64,000 bases of DNA from Eledone cirrhosa (taxonomy: Eukaryota). The translations under genes and the position numbers were made by a program. Position 1 is the stretch's first letter. Each line of letters opens with the position of its first letter. The stretch is taken from positions 21,700,001 to 21,764,000 of the forward strand of contig OZ024765.1 of assembly GCA_964016885.1 (NCBI GenBank). Reading direction: 5' to 3'. Positions 1-15,030 of the stretch are shown here, in pieces. The notes under the pieces were generated by a model. That model ran no database searches, was not told where the DNA came from, and saw only the letters and a list, made by a program, of their open reading frames with translations.

Positions 1-212
1 AAGAGGGAACACCAGTTATTTTGCTGAGAAATATCACTCCTCCAAAACTATGCAATGGTACACGCCTTGTGGTTAAAAAACTGTCTCCACTTAGTATTGA
101 CGCTACTATTCTATCCGAATGTGGAAAAGGCGAGGATGTGATAATAACAAAAATTAGCCTGACTACATCAGGCGTGGATACTCCCTTCTCCTTTCGCCAA
201 ACCCAATTTCTG
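1..212 (+). mobile_element. Helitron RepHel PIF1-like helicase fragment (truncated)
   Basis: Translation KEGTPVILLRNITPPKLCNGTRLVVKKL...GKGEDVII..ISL...PFSF.QTQF matches the LLRN..PPKLCNGTRL motif of Helitron/PIF1 helicases; the sequence then runs into (TA)n/(CAT)n. Confidence 0.85.
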
Positions 213-251
213 CCGTCGGGATCATACTTTTTCCTATATATATATATATAT

Positions 252-283
<32 letters not shown>

Positions 284-307
284 TTTACGTCCGCTTTTCC
301 CTGCTTG

Positions 308-380
<73 letters not shown>

Positions 381-503
381 GGAGGTGAGTTTTATTGTAG
401 TACAATAAAGCAATGCAGATATCGGATAAGAAGCACTCTACAGTTTGTAGGACTGGAGTATACATAATATATAAGATCAAAAGATGGTTAAAAGAGTTCC
501 ATG

Positions 504-574
504 TATTTTATTATGCGCATTTCAAAAACAAATATCATCATGCAATAACATTTGTGTTTTCATCAGATAAAATA
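504..574 (-). ncRNA. Type I hammerhead ribozyme motif (inverted copy of 633-703)
   Basis: Reverse complement reads tattttat-CTGATGA-stem II-GAAA-TGCGCA-TA-ataaaata. Confidence 0.7.
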
Positions 575-632
575 TGTTGATTTAAAACTGCACTATCCAC
601 AAGTGTTTTTTAACCTTCATATCATATCCTCC

Positions 633-703
633 TATTTTATCTGATGAAAACACAAATGTTATTGCATGATGATATTTGTTTTTGAAATGCGCATAATAAA
701 ATA
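633..703 (+). ncRNA. Type I hammerhead ribozyme motif
   Basis: Stem I tattttat/ataaaata; CTGATGA 641-647; stem II 648-683; GAAA 684-687; palindromic stem III ATGCGCAT; AUA triplet. The stem II closing pair is A-U rather than G-C. Confidence 0.7.
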
Positions 704-1001
704 CATGGAACTCATTTAACCATCTTTTGATCTTATATATATATATGTATATAAATGGAAAAAATGAAATTTCATTTCTCACTCTTAGTACGGCTGATAC
801 TTAAATATAAGTATGTATACGTACATACATATATGTATACAGACGTACAGTAGTATGTATATACATACATACATGCACACATATATATATGTACATATAT
901 ATATATATGTACGTATATTTATATATATATAGAAGATAGATGTTAAACGACGATGATGATGATGATGATATATATATAATGATATATATATATATATATA
1001 T

Positions 1002-1488
1002 TGTTATGCTTTGGAAGGGTCATGTTGCCATTAAGAAACACACGCACCAGTTGCTTTCACTCCAATTTATTATAAATTAAATTTATAAATTTAAGAATTT
1101 ATAAATTTCCGGTTGGCTGGTTGGTTCCACAACCAGACGGTTGTTCATATATTGTCAAAGTTCTTTCGTCACACATTCTGTGACCTCTTCAGTGACTGGG
1201 GATTATTTTCTTTTTTTTGTGCATCTCCTTTGTTCTGTCCTACACCATCTTGTTTTTGTTTGTGTTATGTGCTTAGTTTGCGCATGTGTTACATCGGGGT
1301 GTCTGTGTGTGTTTATATTTGTTTATTTACATGTTAATGGTTGGTTGTTTGTTCTATGTGTGTGTGTGTTTTCAATTTGTCGTTAATTGTAAGTTGTGAT
1401 GTTGCTGTTCCATTCATGTTTTCTATTTAATTTTGGTTGGAGTTCATTTATGTTTATTGTCTCTGTGATTTGTCTAAACATTGCATCT
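1002..1488 (-). mobile_element. Penelope-like element subfamily A, 3' end (last codons, 3' UTR, hammerhead)
   Basis: Closely similar to 17645-18040 and, inverted, to 61260-61505; ends at a (TA)n tract. Confidence 0.85.
1154..1196 (-). ncRNA. Penelope-associated minimal hammerhead motif (subfamily A)
   Basis: rc: GTCA-CTGAAGA-G-GTCACA gaatg TGTGAC-GAAAGAACTT-TGAC. Confidence 0.65.
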
Positions 1489-2772
1489 AACATAGTCTAA
1501 CAAAGTTCTTTCGTTGCACATCTGCAACATCATCAGTGGTACTATTATGTTCCTCCTGTTGTATTGTATATCTATGCTATTTTAATTTTATCTGTTTATT
1601 TATTTATTTATTTTTGTCTTCTTCTCTGCGCATGCATTTGCGTGTGTGTATAGTGTTTGGTGTGTGTTCGCGTTTGGGTGACTGTGTTTTAGTTATTGTA
1701 TTCTATCTTAGTTTACTAGTGTGTGTTTATATGTGTTTGTTGTTTATATGTGTTTATATGTGCTTGTGTATATATTTATTTACTTATATTTCTCTTAAGT
1801 CAGTATTGTTTGTTTGGGTGTTGTTGTTATTCCATTCATTTTTTCTGTTTAGCCTTGGCCTTCTAAGTTCTATTTCACTGGCCTCTCTGATTTGCCTATC
1901 TGCTGGGTCATTTCTATGTTTAGATATTATTCTAATTTCTATGTTGTCTATGTTACTGTCCCATTGTTGTCTGGCGTGTTCGTATAGTACTGAACCGTTT
2001 TTTCGTCCTTTTAATTCCCCCCAGTGTTGGTCTATCCTTTCTACTATGCTATGAGCTGTCTCACCTATGTATATTGTTGTCATGTTTCTGCAAGTACCCT
2101 CTGTACATCTTATGCTATAGATTACGTTTCTAGTTTTACAGTTTATCCGGGGGTTTACTTTACATATAACACATTTCCTATTAGTACAGTGGGTTTTCTT
2201 AAAAGGGTATGTTTTGCTGATCAGGGATTTTATGGTAGTTCCTGGCTTTTCTACCACTTTAATCTTTAAGTGGGTTTTTCTCAGGGCCTTTCTACACTGG
2301 TTAGCTAATTTCCCTCCACAAACATGACACTCTGGTATCTCTGGTTGTCGTACCATGAAGTGGCTTTCCCTATCTTATGTCTAGCCCTATCTAAGCTATT
2401 CCATGATTTGCTCCTGTATAATGGGCAAATTCCTTTCATGTCCAGTTCTATGAGGGTCTTATACTTCTCCATGGCTCCTTCGTATACTCTGACTCTGTCT
2501 CTTTGGTTGTAGCCAGAGAACTGCATGCGGTTGATAAAGTGTTGGATGTGTCTTTCCATTTCTGTTGGGTCGCACATGCGGGACACATTCTTCATCACTC
2601 GTACCAAGTCTGCGATCAGAATATTAAACTTAGCACTACTGGACATTGCTGAGGTTTTGAGTATCAGGTATTTGGAGGCCATGGGTTTAGCATTGTGTGA
2701 GTGGAGAATTTGGGCCCTCTCATCTATAGTGTTAATCCAGAGTTCCGTATATAATACAGGTAGTCTACTGTT
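1489..2772 (-). mobile_element. Penelope-like element subfamily B, 5'-truncated (RT C-terminus/thumb + GIY-YIG endonuclease, frameshifted)
   Basis: ORFs 2305-2682 and 1784-2356: C..C..C linker, NVIYSIRC...IYIGET, HW, RQIREA, LNRKNE; nearly identical to 28110-29370. Confidence 0.9.
1492..1545 (-). ncRNA. Penelope-associated hammerhead motif (subfamily B)
   Basis: rc: cca-CTGATGA-T-GTTGCA gatg TGCAAC-GAAAGAACTT-tg; stem I is weak proximally, with distal atagt/actat pairing. Confidence 0.6.
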
Positions 2773-2840
2773 TTACCTGGATAGTGTAAAACTTGAACCG
2801 TTCATTCCTGGTTATGTCAATATTTATAAAACAAACTTTG

Positions 2841-2901
2841 TATTTTATCTGATGAGAGCGTACCAAAGTTTTGGTACCCTTGAAATATATATAATAGAAT
2901 A
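2841..2901 (+). ncRNA. Type I hammerhead ribozyme motif
   Basis: tattttat-CTGATGA-gag c gtaccaaa gt tttggtac c ctt-GAAA-TATATA-TA-atagaata, overlapping an AATAAA. Confidence 0.7.
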
Positions 2902-2974
2902 AATATGGTTAAATAAATATAGTTTCCATTTACTAATATCATTGATATATATGTGTATATTTTTTTCATTTTTT

Positions 2975-3294
2975 TTTCATTTTTACGTCCGCTTTTTCCC
3001 TGCTTGCAAGGGTGGGACAGGAACTGATTCTGGCTTGATTTCTACAGCTGGATGCCCTTCCTAACACCAACCTCATTTACAGTGAGTGCTGGGTGCTTTT
3101 TTGCCGTGGCACCTCCACGTCCACTTTACAGTGGACCTCAGTCCCTATCATCTCATTTCTACAGCTGAGTAAACTGGAGCAATGTGAAATAAAGTGTCTT
3201 GCTCAAGGAAACAACACATCACCCGGTCTGAGAATTGAACTCACAACCTTTTGATTGCAAGGCCAATGCTCTAACCACTAAGCCATGTGCCTCC
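2975..3294 (-). mobile_element. tRNA-derived SINE, family 1 (CORE-like central region, ATG-repeat tail)
   Basis: rc head ggaggcacatggcttagtggttagagc with A box and GTTCAATTC B box; copies at 18768, 23718, 46900 and 55655. Confidence 0.85.
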
Positions 3295-3429
3295 ATATAT
3301 ATATACACACATATATATTTGTATGTGTGTGTATGTAAAAGGTAAACAGAGATAACAAAACAAACGGCACAGTATATGGAAGAAATATATTAGTTTAACG
3401 CTTGAAATGTGTCCAACATAACTCTAGAA

Positions 3430-3618
3430 ATGTGGTTCCCAAATTGGGTTCCGAGGGGACTCAAGGATTCTGCAAAAGAGTGTCTGGGGTCCCATGAAAA
3501 AAAGAAAAGGAGTGTATTTATATTACAACCATATAACAATATTAGACTTTGGGGTTCCCCAAAAAAGATTTCTGAGCCAAAAAGGGTTCCGTGTTTCAAG
3601 AAAGTTAGGGAAACCTTG
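3430..3618. mobile_element. hAT (Charlie/Buster-type) MITE, ~190 bp
   Basis: Degenerate TIRs atgtggttcccaaa / ttagggaaaccttg, flanked by ctctagaa (3422-3429) and gtctagaa (3619-3626), which fit the NTCTAGAN target. Confidence 0.65.
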
Positions 3619-4109
3619 GTCTAGAACAAAGGTTCTCAATGGGGGGGGCATATGCACCCCCAGGGGGCGTTTCTGAACTCCAGGGGGGCGTTTGGGAGTA
3701 AGGGAGCATTAGGGGGGCGTTTGAAGCTTTGGATTGCACTGGAAGGCTCTTTACTTTGGTAAGTTTTATAAGCCATATTTGTATGTCTTTGAGACAGCCA
3801 GTGTGAATGCATTTGAATGAGCATGCAGACAGCATAACTATGGTCTGACCACAGCTGTGAGCAGGTGTGCAGGCGTGTCTAGACATTAACCGGCAATTGA
3901 GATCCTAACAATGGAAAAACCCACAGTCAACTGGGTCAAGGACACTTCAAGCGCAGCCAGTTAGAATCTTGTCTTTCCTTCACCAATAACAATGTATTTC
4001 ATGTCTGAAATTATTGACACAACTGTAATGAGTTAACACTATGTAGATCTATTTTAGTTCCTATTGTATAAATAATATTACAAATAAAAAAAAGACGAAA
4101 AAAAAACAC

Positions 4110-7100
4110 AGAAGCGGGTAGCACACACATCTAGGACCACATACAACACATAAGCAGGTAATACACACATCTAGAACCACATACAACACATAAGCAGGTA
4201 ATACACACATCGAGGACCACATACAACACATAAGCAGGTAATACACACATCTAGAACCACATACAATACATAACCAGGTAATACACACATCTAGGACCAC
4301 ATACAACACATAAGCATGTAATACACACATCTAGGACCACATACAACACATAACCAGGTAATACACACATCTAGGACCACATACAACACATATGCATGTA
4401 ATACACACATCTAGGACCACATACAACACATAAGGAGGTAATACACACACATCTAGGACCACATACAACACATAATCAGATAATACACACATCTAGGACC
4501 ACATACAACACATAAGCAGGTAATACACACATCTAGAACCACATACAACACATAACCAGGTAATACACACATCTAGGACCACATGCAACACATAAGCATG
4601 TAATACACACATCTAGGACCACATACAACACATAAGCAGGTAATACACACATCTAGAACCACATACAACACATAACCAGGTAATACACACATCTAGGACC
4701 ACATACAACACATAAGCATGTAATACACACATCTAGGACCACATACAACACATAACCAGGTAATACACACATCTAAGACCACATACAACACATATGCATG
4801 TAATACACACATCTAGGACCACATACAACACATAAGGAGGTAATACACACATCTAGGACCACATACAACACATAATCAGATAATACACACATCTAGGACC
4901 ACATACAACACATAACCAGGTAATACACACATCTAGAACCACATACAACACATAAGCATGTAATACACACATCTAGGACCACATACAACACATAAGCATG
5001 TAATACACACATCTAGGACCACATACAACACATATGCATGTAATACACACATCTAGGACCACATACAACACATAACCAGGTAATACACACATCTAGAACC
5101 ACATACAACACATAACCAGGTAATACACACATCTAGGACCACATACAACACATAAGCATGTAATACACACATCTAGGACCACATACAACACATAACCAGG
5201 TAATACACACATCTAGGACCACATACAACACATATGCATGTAATACACACATCTAGGACCACATACAACACATAAGGAGGTAATACACACATCTAGGAAC
5301 ACATAATCAGATAATACACACATCTAGGACCACATACAACACATAACCAGGTAATACACACATCTAGAACCACATACAACACATAAGCATGTAATACACA
5401 CATCTAGGACCACATACAACACACAAGCATGTAATACACACATCTAGGACCACATACAACACATAACCAGGTAATACACACATCTAGAACCACATACAAC
5501 ACATAACCAGGTAATACACACATCTAGGACCACATACAACACATAACCAGGTAATACACACATCTAGGACCACATACAACACATAACCAGGTAATACACA
5601 CATCTAGAACCACATACAACACATAACCAGGTAATACACACATCTAGAACCACATACAACACATAACCAGGTAATACACACATCTAGGACCACATACAAC
5701 ACATAAGCATGTAATACACACATCTAGGACCACATACAACACATAACCAGGTAATACACACAACACATAACCAGGTAATACACACATCTAGGACCACATA
5801 CAACACATAACCAGGTAATACACACATCTAGAACCACATACAACACATAAGCAGGTAATACACACATCTAGAACCACATACAACACATAACCAGGTAATA
5901 CACACATCTAGGACCACATACAACACATAAGCATGTAATACACACATCTAGGACCACATACAACACATAATCAGATAATACACACATCTAGGACCACATA
6001 CAACACATAAGCAGGTAATACACACATCTAGAACCACATACAACACATAAGCAGGTAATACACACATCTAGAACCACATACAACACATAACCAGGTAATA
6101 CACACATCTAGGACCACATACAACACATAAGCATGTAATACACACATCTAGGACCACATACAACACATAATCAGATAATACACACATCTAGGACCACATA
6201 CAACACATAAGCAGGTAATACACACATCTAGAACCACATACAACACATAACCAGGTAATACACACATCTAGGACCACATGCAACACATACGCATGTAATA
6301 CACACATCTAGGACCACATACAACACATAAGCATGTAATACACACATCTAGGACCACATACAACACATAACCAGGTAATACACACATCTAGAACCACATA
6401 CAACACATAAGCAGGTAATACACACATCTAGGACCACATACAACACATAACCAGGTAATACACACATCTAGGACCACATGCAACACATAAGCAGGTAATA
6501 CACACATCTAGGACCACATACAACACATAACCAGGTAATACACACATCTAGGACCACATACAACACATAATCAGATAATACACACATCTAGGACCACATA
6601 CAACACATAAGCATGTAATACACACATCTAGACCCACATACAACACACAAGCAGGTAATACACACATCTAGGACCACATACAACACATAAGCATGTAATA
6701 CACACATCTAGGACCACATACAACACATAATCAGATAATACACACATCTAGGACCACATACAACACATAAGCATGTAATACACACATCTAGAACCACATA
6801 CAACACACAAGCAGGTAATACACACATCTAGGACCACATACAACACATAAGCATGTAATACACACATCTAGGACCACATACAACACATAATCAGATAATA
6901 CACACATCTAGGACCACATACAACACATAAGCATGTAATACACACATCTAGAACCACATACAACACACAAGCAGGTAATACACACATCTAGGACCACATA
7001 CAACACATAACCAGGTAATACACACATCTAGAACCACATACAACACATAACCAGATAATACACACATCTAGGACCACATACAACACATAAGCAGGTAATA

Positions 7101-10100
7101 CACACATCTAGGACCACATACAACACATAATCAGATAATACACACATCTAGGACCACATACAACACATAAGCAGGTAATACACACATCTAGGACCACATA
7201 CAACACATAAGCATGTAATACACACATCTAGGACCACATACAACACATAATCAGATAATACACACATCTAGGACCACATACAACACATAACCAGGTAATA
7301 CACACATCTAGGACCACATACAACACATAAGCAGGTAATACACACATCGAGGACCACATACAACACATAAGCAGGTAATACACACATCTAGAACCACATA
7401 CAATACATAACCAGGTAATACACACATCTAGGACCACATACAACACATAAGCATGTAATACACACATCTAGGACCACATACAACACATAACCAGGTAATA
7501 CACACATCTAGGACCACATACAACACATATGCATGTAATACACACATCTAGGACCACATACAACACATAAGGAGGTAATACACACACATCTAGAACCACA
7601 TACAACACATAAGCAGGTAATACACACATCGAGGACCACATACAACACATAAGCAGGTAATACACACATCTAGAACCACATACAATACATAACCAGGTAA
7701 TACACACATCTAGGACCACATACAACACATAAGCATGTAATACACACATCTAGGACCACATACAACACATAACCAGGTAATACACACATCTAGGACCACA
7801 TACAACACATATGCATGTAATACACACATCTAGGACCACATACAACACATAAGGAGGTAATACACACACATCTAGGACCACATACAACACATAATCAGAT
7901 AATACACACATCTAGGACCACATACAACACATAAGCAGGTAATACACACATCTAGAACCACATACAACACATAACCAGGTAATACACACATCTAGGACCA
8001 CATGCAACACATAAGCATGTAATACACACATCTAGGACCACATACAACACATAAGCAGGTAATACACACATCTAGAACCACATACAACACATAACCAGGT
8101 AATACACACATCTAGGACCACATACAACACATAAGCATGTAATACACACATCTAGGACCACATACAACACATAACCAGGTAATACACACATCTAAGACCA
8201 CATACAACACATATGCATGTAATACACACATCTAGGACCACATACAACACATAAGGAGGTAATACACACATCTAGGACCACATACAACACATAATCAGAT
8301 AATACACACATCTAGGACCACATACAACACATAACCAGGTAATACACACATCTAGAACCACATACAACACATAAGCATGTAATACACACATCTAGGACCA
8401 CATACAACACATAAGCATGTAATACACACATCTAGGACCACATACAACACATATGCATGTAATACACACATCTAGGACCACATACAACACATAACCAGGT
8501 AATACACACATCTAGAACCACATACAACACATAACCAGGTAATACACACATCTAGGACCACATACAACACATAAGCATGTAATACACACATCTAGGACCA
8601 CATACAACACATAACCAGGTAATACACACATCTAGGACCACATACAACACATATGCATGTAATACACACATCTAGGACCACATACAACACATAAGGAGGT
8701 AATACACACATCTAGGACCACATACAACACATAATCAGATAATACACACATCTAGGACCACATACAACACATAACCAGGTAATACACACATCTAGAACCA
8801 CATACAACACATAAGCATGTAATACACACATCTAGGACCACATACAACACACAAGCATGTAATACACACATCTAGGACCACATACAACACATAACCAGGT
8901 AATACACACATCTAGAACCACATACAACACATAACCAGGTAATACACACATCTAGGACCACATACAACACATAACCAGGTAATACACACATCTAGGACCA
9001 CATACAACACATAACCAGGTAATACACACATCTAGAACCACATACAACACATAACCAGGTAATACACACATCTAGAACCACATACAACACATAACCAGGT
9101 AATACACACATCTAGGACCACATACAACACATAAGCATGTAATACACACATCTAGGACCACATACAACACATAACCAGGTAATACACACATCTAGGACCA
9201 CATACAACACATAACCAGGTAATACACACATCTAGGACCACATACAACACATAACCAGGTAATACACACATCTAGAACCACATACAACACATAAGCAGGT
9301 AATACACACATCTAGAACCACATACAACACATAACCAGGTAATACACACATCTAGGACCACATACAACACATAAGCATGTAATACACACATCTAGGACCA
9401 CATACAACACATAATCAGATAATACACACATCTAGGACCACATACAACACATAAGCAGGTAATACACACATCTAGAACCACATACAACACATAAGCAGTT
9501 AATACACACATCTAGAACCACATACAACACATAACCAGGTAATACACACATCTAGGACCACATACAACACATAAGCATGTAATACACACATCTAGGACCA
9601 CATACAACACATAATCAGATAATACACACATCTAGGACCACATACAACACATAAGCAGGTAATACACACATCTAGAACCACATACAACACATAACCAGGT
9701 AATACACACATCTAGGACCACATGCAACACATACGCATGTAATACACACATCTAGGACCACATACAACACATAAGCATGTAATACACACATCTAGGACCA
9801 CATACAACACATAACCAGGTAATACACACATCTAGAACCACATACAACACATAAGCAGGTAATACACACATCTAGGACCACATACAACACATAACCAGGT
9901 AATACACACATCTAGGACCACATGCAACACATAAGCAGGTAATACACACATCTAGGACCACATACAACACATAACCAGGTAATACACACATCTAGGACCA
10001 CATACAACACATAAGCATGTAATACACACATCTAGGACCACATGCAACACATAAGCATGTAATACACACATCTAGGACCACATACAACACATAACCATGT

Positions 10101-13100
10101 AATACACACATCTAGGACCACATACAACACATAACCAGGTAATACACACATCTAGAACCACATACAACACATAAGCAGGTAATACACACATCTAGGACCA
10201 CATACAACACATAACCAGGTAATACACACATCTAGGACCACATGCAACACATAAGCATGTAATACACACATCTAGGACCACATACAACACATAAGCATGT
10301 AATACACACATCTAGGACCACATACAACACATAATCAGATAATACACACATCTAGGACCACATACAACACATAAGCATGTAATACACACATCTAGAACCA
10401 CATACAACACACAAGCAGGTAATACACACATCTAGGACCACATACAACACATAAGCATGTAATACACACATCTAGGACCACATACAACACATAATCAGAT
10501 AATACACACATCTAGGACCACATACAACACATAAGCATGTAATACACACATCTAGAACCACATACAACACACAAGCAGGTAATACACACATCTAGGACCA
10601 CATACAACACATAAGCATGTAATACACACATCTAGGACCACATACAACACATAATCTGATAATACACACATCTAGGACCACATACAACACATAAGCATGT
10701 AATACACACATCTAGAACCACATACAACACACAAGCAGGTAATACACACATCTAGGACCACATACAACACATAACCAGGTAATACACACATCTAGAACCA
10801 CATACAACACATAACCAGATAATACACACATCTAGGACCACATACAACACATAAGCAGGTAATACACACATCTAGGACCACATACAACACATAATCAGAT
10901 AATACACACATCTAGGACCACATACAACACATAAGCAGGTAATACACACATCTAGGACCACATACAACACATAAGCATGTAATACACACATCTAGGACCA
11001 CATACAACACATAATCAGATAATACACACATCTAGGACCACATACAACACATAAGGCGGTAATACACACATCTAGGACCACATACAACACATAAGGCGGT
11101 AATACACACATCTAGGACCACATACAACACATAAGCATGTAATACACACATCTAAGACCACATACAACACATAAGCATGTAATACACACATCTAGGACCA
11201 CATACAACAGATAAGCAGGTAATACACACATCTAGGACCACATACAACACATAAGCATGTAATACACACATCTAGAACCACATACAACACATAAGCATGT
11301 AATACACACATCTAGGACCACATACAACACATAAGCATGTAATACACACATCTAGAACCACATACAACACATAACCAGGTAATACACACATCTAGGACCA
11401 CATACAACAGATAAGCAGGTAATACACACATCTAGAACCACATACAACACATAACCAGGTAATACACACATCTAGAACCACATACAACACATAACCAGGT
11501 AATACGCACATCTAGGACCACATACAACACATAATCAGATAATACACACATCTAGGACCACATACAACACATAAGCAGGTAATACATACATCTAGGACCA
11601 CATACAACACATAAGGAGGTAATACACACATCTAGAACCACATACAACACATAACCAGGTAATACACACATCTAGGACCACATACAACACATAAGCATGT
11701 AATACACACATCTAGGACCACATACAACACATAACCAGGTAATACACACATCTAGGACCACATACAACACATAAGCAGGTAATACACACATCTAGGACCA
11801 CATACAACACATAAGCAGGTAATACATACATCTAGGACCACATACAACACATAAGCAGGTAATACATACATCTAGGACCACATACAACACATAAGCAGGT
11901 AATACATACATCTAGGACCACATACAACACATAAGGAGGTAATACACACATCTAGAACCACATACAACACATAACCAGGTAATACACACATCTAGGACCA
12001 CATACAACACATAAGCATGTAATACACACATCTAGGACCACATACAACACATAACCAGGTAATACACACATCTAGGACCACATACAACACATAAGCAGGT
12101 AATACACACATCTAGGACCACATACAACACATAAGCAGGTAATACATACATCTAGGACCACATACAACACATAAGCAGGTAATACATACATCTAGGACCA
12201 CATACAACACATAAGCAGGTAATACATACATCTAGGACCACATACAACACATAAGCAGGTAATACATACATCTAGAACCACATACAACACATAAGCAGGT
12301 AATACACACATCTAGGACCACATACAACACATAACCAGGTAATACACACATCTAGGACCACATACAACACATAAGCAGGTAATACATACATCTAGGACCA
12401 CATACAACACATAAGGAGGTAATACACACATCTAGAACCACATACAACACATAACCAGGTAATACACACATCTAGGACCACATACAACACATAAGCATGT
12501 AATACACACATCTAGGACCACATACAACACATAACCAGGTAATACACACATCTAGGACCACATACAACACATAAGCAGGTAATACATACATCTAGAACCA
12601 CATACAACACATAAGCATGTAATACACACATCTAGGACCACATACAACACATAACCAGGTAATACACACATCTAGGACCACATACAACACATAAGGAGGT
12701 AATACACACATCTAGAACCACATACAACACATAAGCATGTAATACACACATCTAGGACCACATACAACACATAACCAGGTAATACACACATCTAGGACCA
12801 CATACAACACATAACCAGGTAATACACACATCTAGGACCACATACAACACATAAGCATGTAATACACACATCTAGGACCACATACAACACATAACCAGGT
12901 AATACACACATCTAGGACCACATACAACACATAACCAGGTAATACACACATCTAGGACCACATACAACACATAACCAGGTAATACACACATCTAGAACCA
13001 CATACAACACATAACCAGGTAATACACACATCTAGAACCACATACAACACATAACCAGGTAATACACACATCTAGGACCACATACAACACATAAGCATGT

Positions 13101-15030
13101 AATACACACATCTAGGACCACATACAACACATAACCAGGTAATACACACATCTAGGACCACATACAACACATAACCAGGTAATACACACATCTAGGACCA
13201 CATACAACACATAACCAGGTAATACACACATCTAGAACCACATACAACACATAAGCAGGTAATACACACATCTAGAACCACATACAACACATAACCAGGT
13301 AATACACACATCTAGGACCACATACAACACATAAGCATGTAATACACACATCTAGGACCACATACAACACATAATCAGATAATACACACATCTAGGACCA
13401 CATACAACACATAAGCAGGTAATACACACATCTAGAACCACATACAACACATAAGCAGTTAATACACACATCTAGAACCACATACAACACATAACCAGGT
13501 AATACACACATCTAGGACCACATACAACACATAAGCATGTAATACACACATCTAGGACCACATACAACACATAAGCAGGTAATACACACATCTAGGACCA
13601 CATACAACACATAACCAGGTAATACACACATCTAGGACCACATACAACACATAAGCATGTAATACACACATCTAGGACCACATACAACACATAACCAGGT
13701 AATACACACATCTAGGACCACATACAACACATAAGCAGGTAATACACACATCTAGGACCACATACAACACATAAGCATGTAATACACACATCTAGGACCA
13801 CATACAACACATAACCAGGTAATACACACATCTAGGACCACATACAACACATAAGCAGGTAATACACACATCTAGGACCACATACAACACATAACCAGGT
13901 AATACACACATCTAGGACCACATACAACACATAAGCATGTAATACACACATCTAGGACCACATACAACACATAACCAGGTAATACACACATCTAGGACCA
14001 CATACAACACATAAGCAGGTAATACACACATCTAGGACCACATACAACACATAACCAGGTAATACACACATCTAGGACCACATACAACACATAAGCATGT
14101 AATACACACATCTAGGACCACATACAACACATAACCAGGTAATACACACATCTAGGACCACATACAACACATAAGCAGGTAATACACACATCTAGGACCA
14201 CATACAACACATAAGCAGGTAATACACACATCTAGGACCACATACAACACATAAGCAGGTAATACACACATCTAGGACCACATACAACACATAAGCAGGT
14301 AATACACACATCTAGGACCACATACAACACATAAGCATGTAATACACACATCTAGGACCACATACAACACATAAGCAGGTAATACACACATCTAGGACCA
14401 CATACAACACATAAGCATGTAATACACACATCTAGGACCACATACAACACATAAGCAGGTAATACACACATCTAGGACCACATACAACACATAAGCATGT
14501 AATACAAACATCTAGTACCACATGCAACACACAGGCAAGTAATACATACATTTAGGACTACATACAACACATAATCAGGTAATACAAACATCTAGGACCA
14601 CATACATCTAGGACTACCTACAACACATAAGGAGGTAATACATACATCTAGGACCACATGCAACACATAACCAGGTAATACACACATCTAGGACCACATA
14701 CAACACATAAGCATGTAATACACACATCTAGGACCACATACAACACATAAGGCGGTAATACATACATCTAGGACCACATACAACACATAAGGAGGTAATA
14801 CATACATCTAGGACCACATGCAACACATAACCAGGTAATACACACATCTAGGACCACATACAACACATACGCATGTAATACACACATCTAGAACCACATA
14901 CAACACATAAGGAGGTAATACACACATCTAGAACCACATACAACACATAACCAGGTAATACATACATCTAGGACCACATGCAATACATAAGCAGGTAATA
15001 CACACATCTAGGACCAAATACAACACACAT
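4110..15030. repeat. 40-bp satellite, ~270 copies, with higher-order structure
   Basis: Unit aatacacacatctag(g/a)accacatacaacacata-[agcaggt/accaggt/agcatgt/atcagat/aggaggt]. Confidence 0.98.

Larger units (their letters stand above)
470..742. repeat. Long inverted repeat (~105-bp arms, ~58-bp spacer); each arm holds a hammerhead motif
   Basis: atataagatcaaaagatgg...catcagataaaata (470-574) is the near-perfect reverse complement of 633-742. Confidence 0.9.

Noticed and set aside
4110-15030. CRISPR-like array (constant repeat with a variable slot)
   Set aside because: The variable part is only ~7 nt with a few recurring alleles, there are no unique spacers or cas genes, and the context is eukaryotic; this is a satellite
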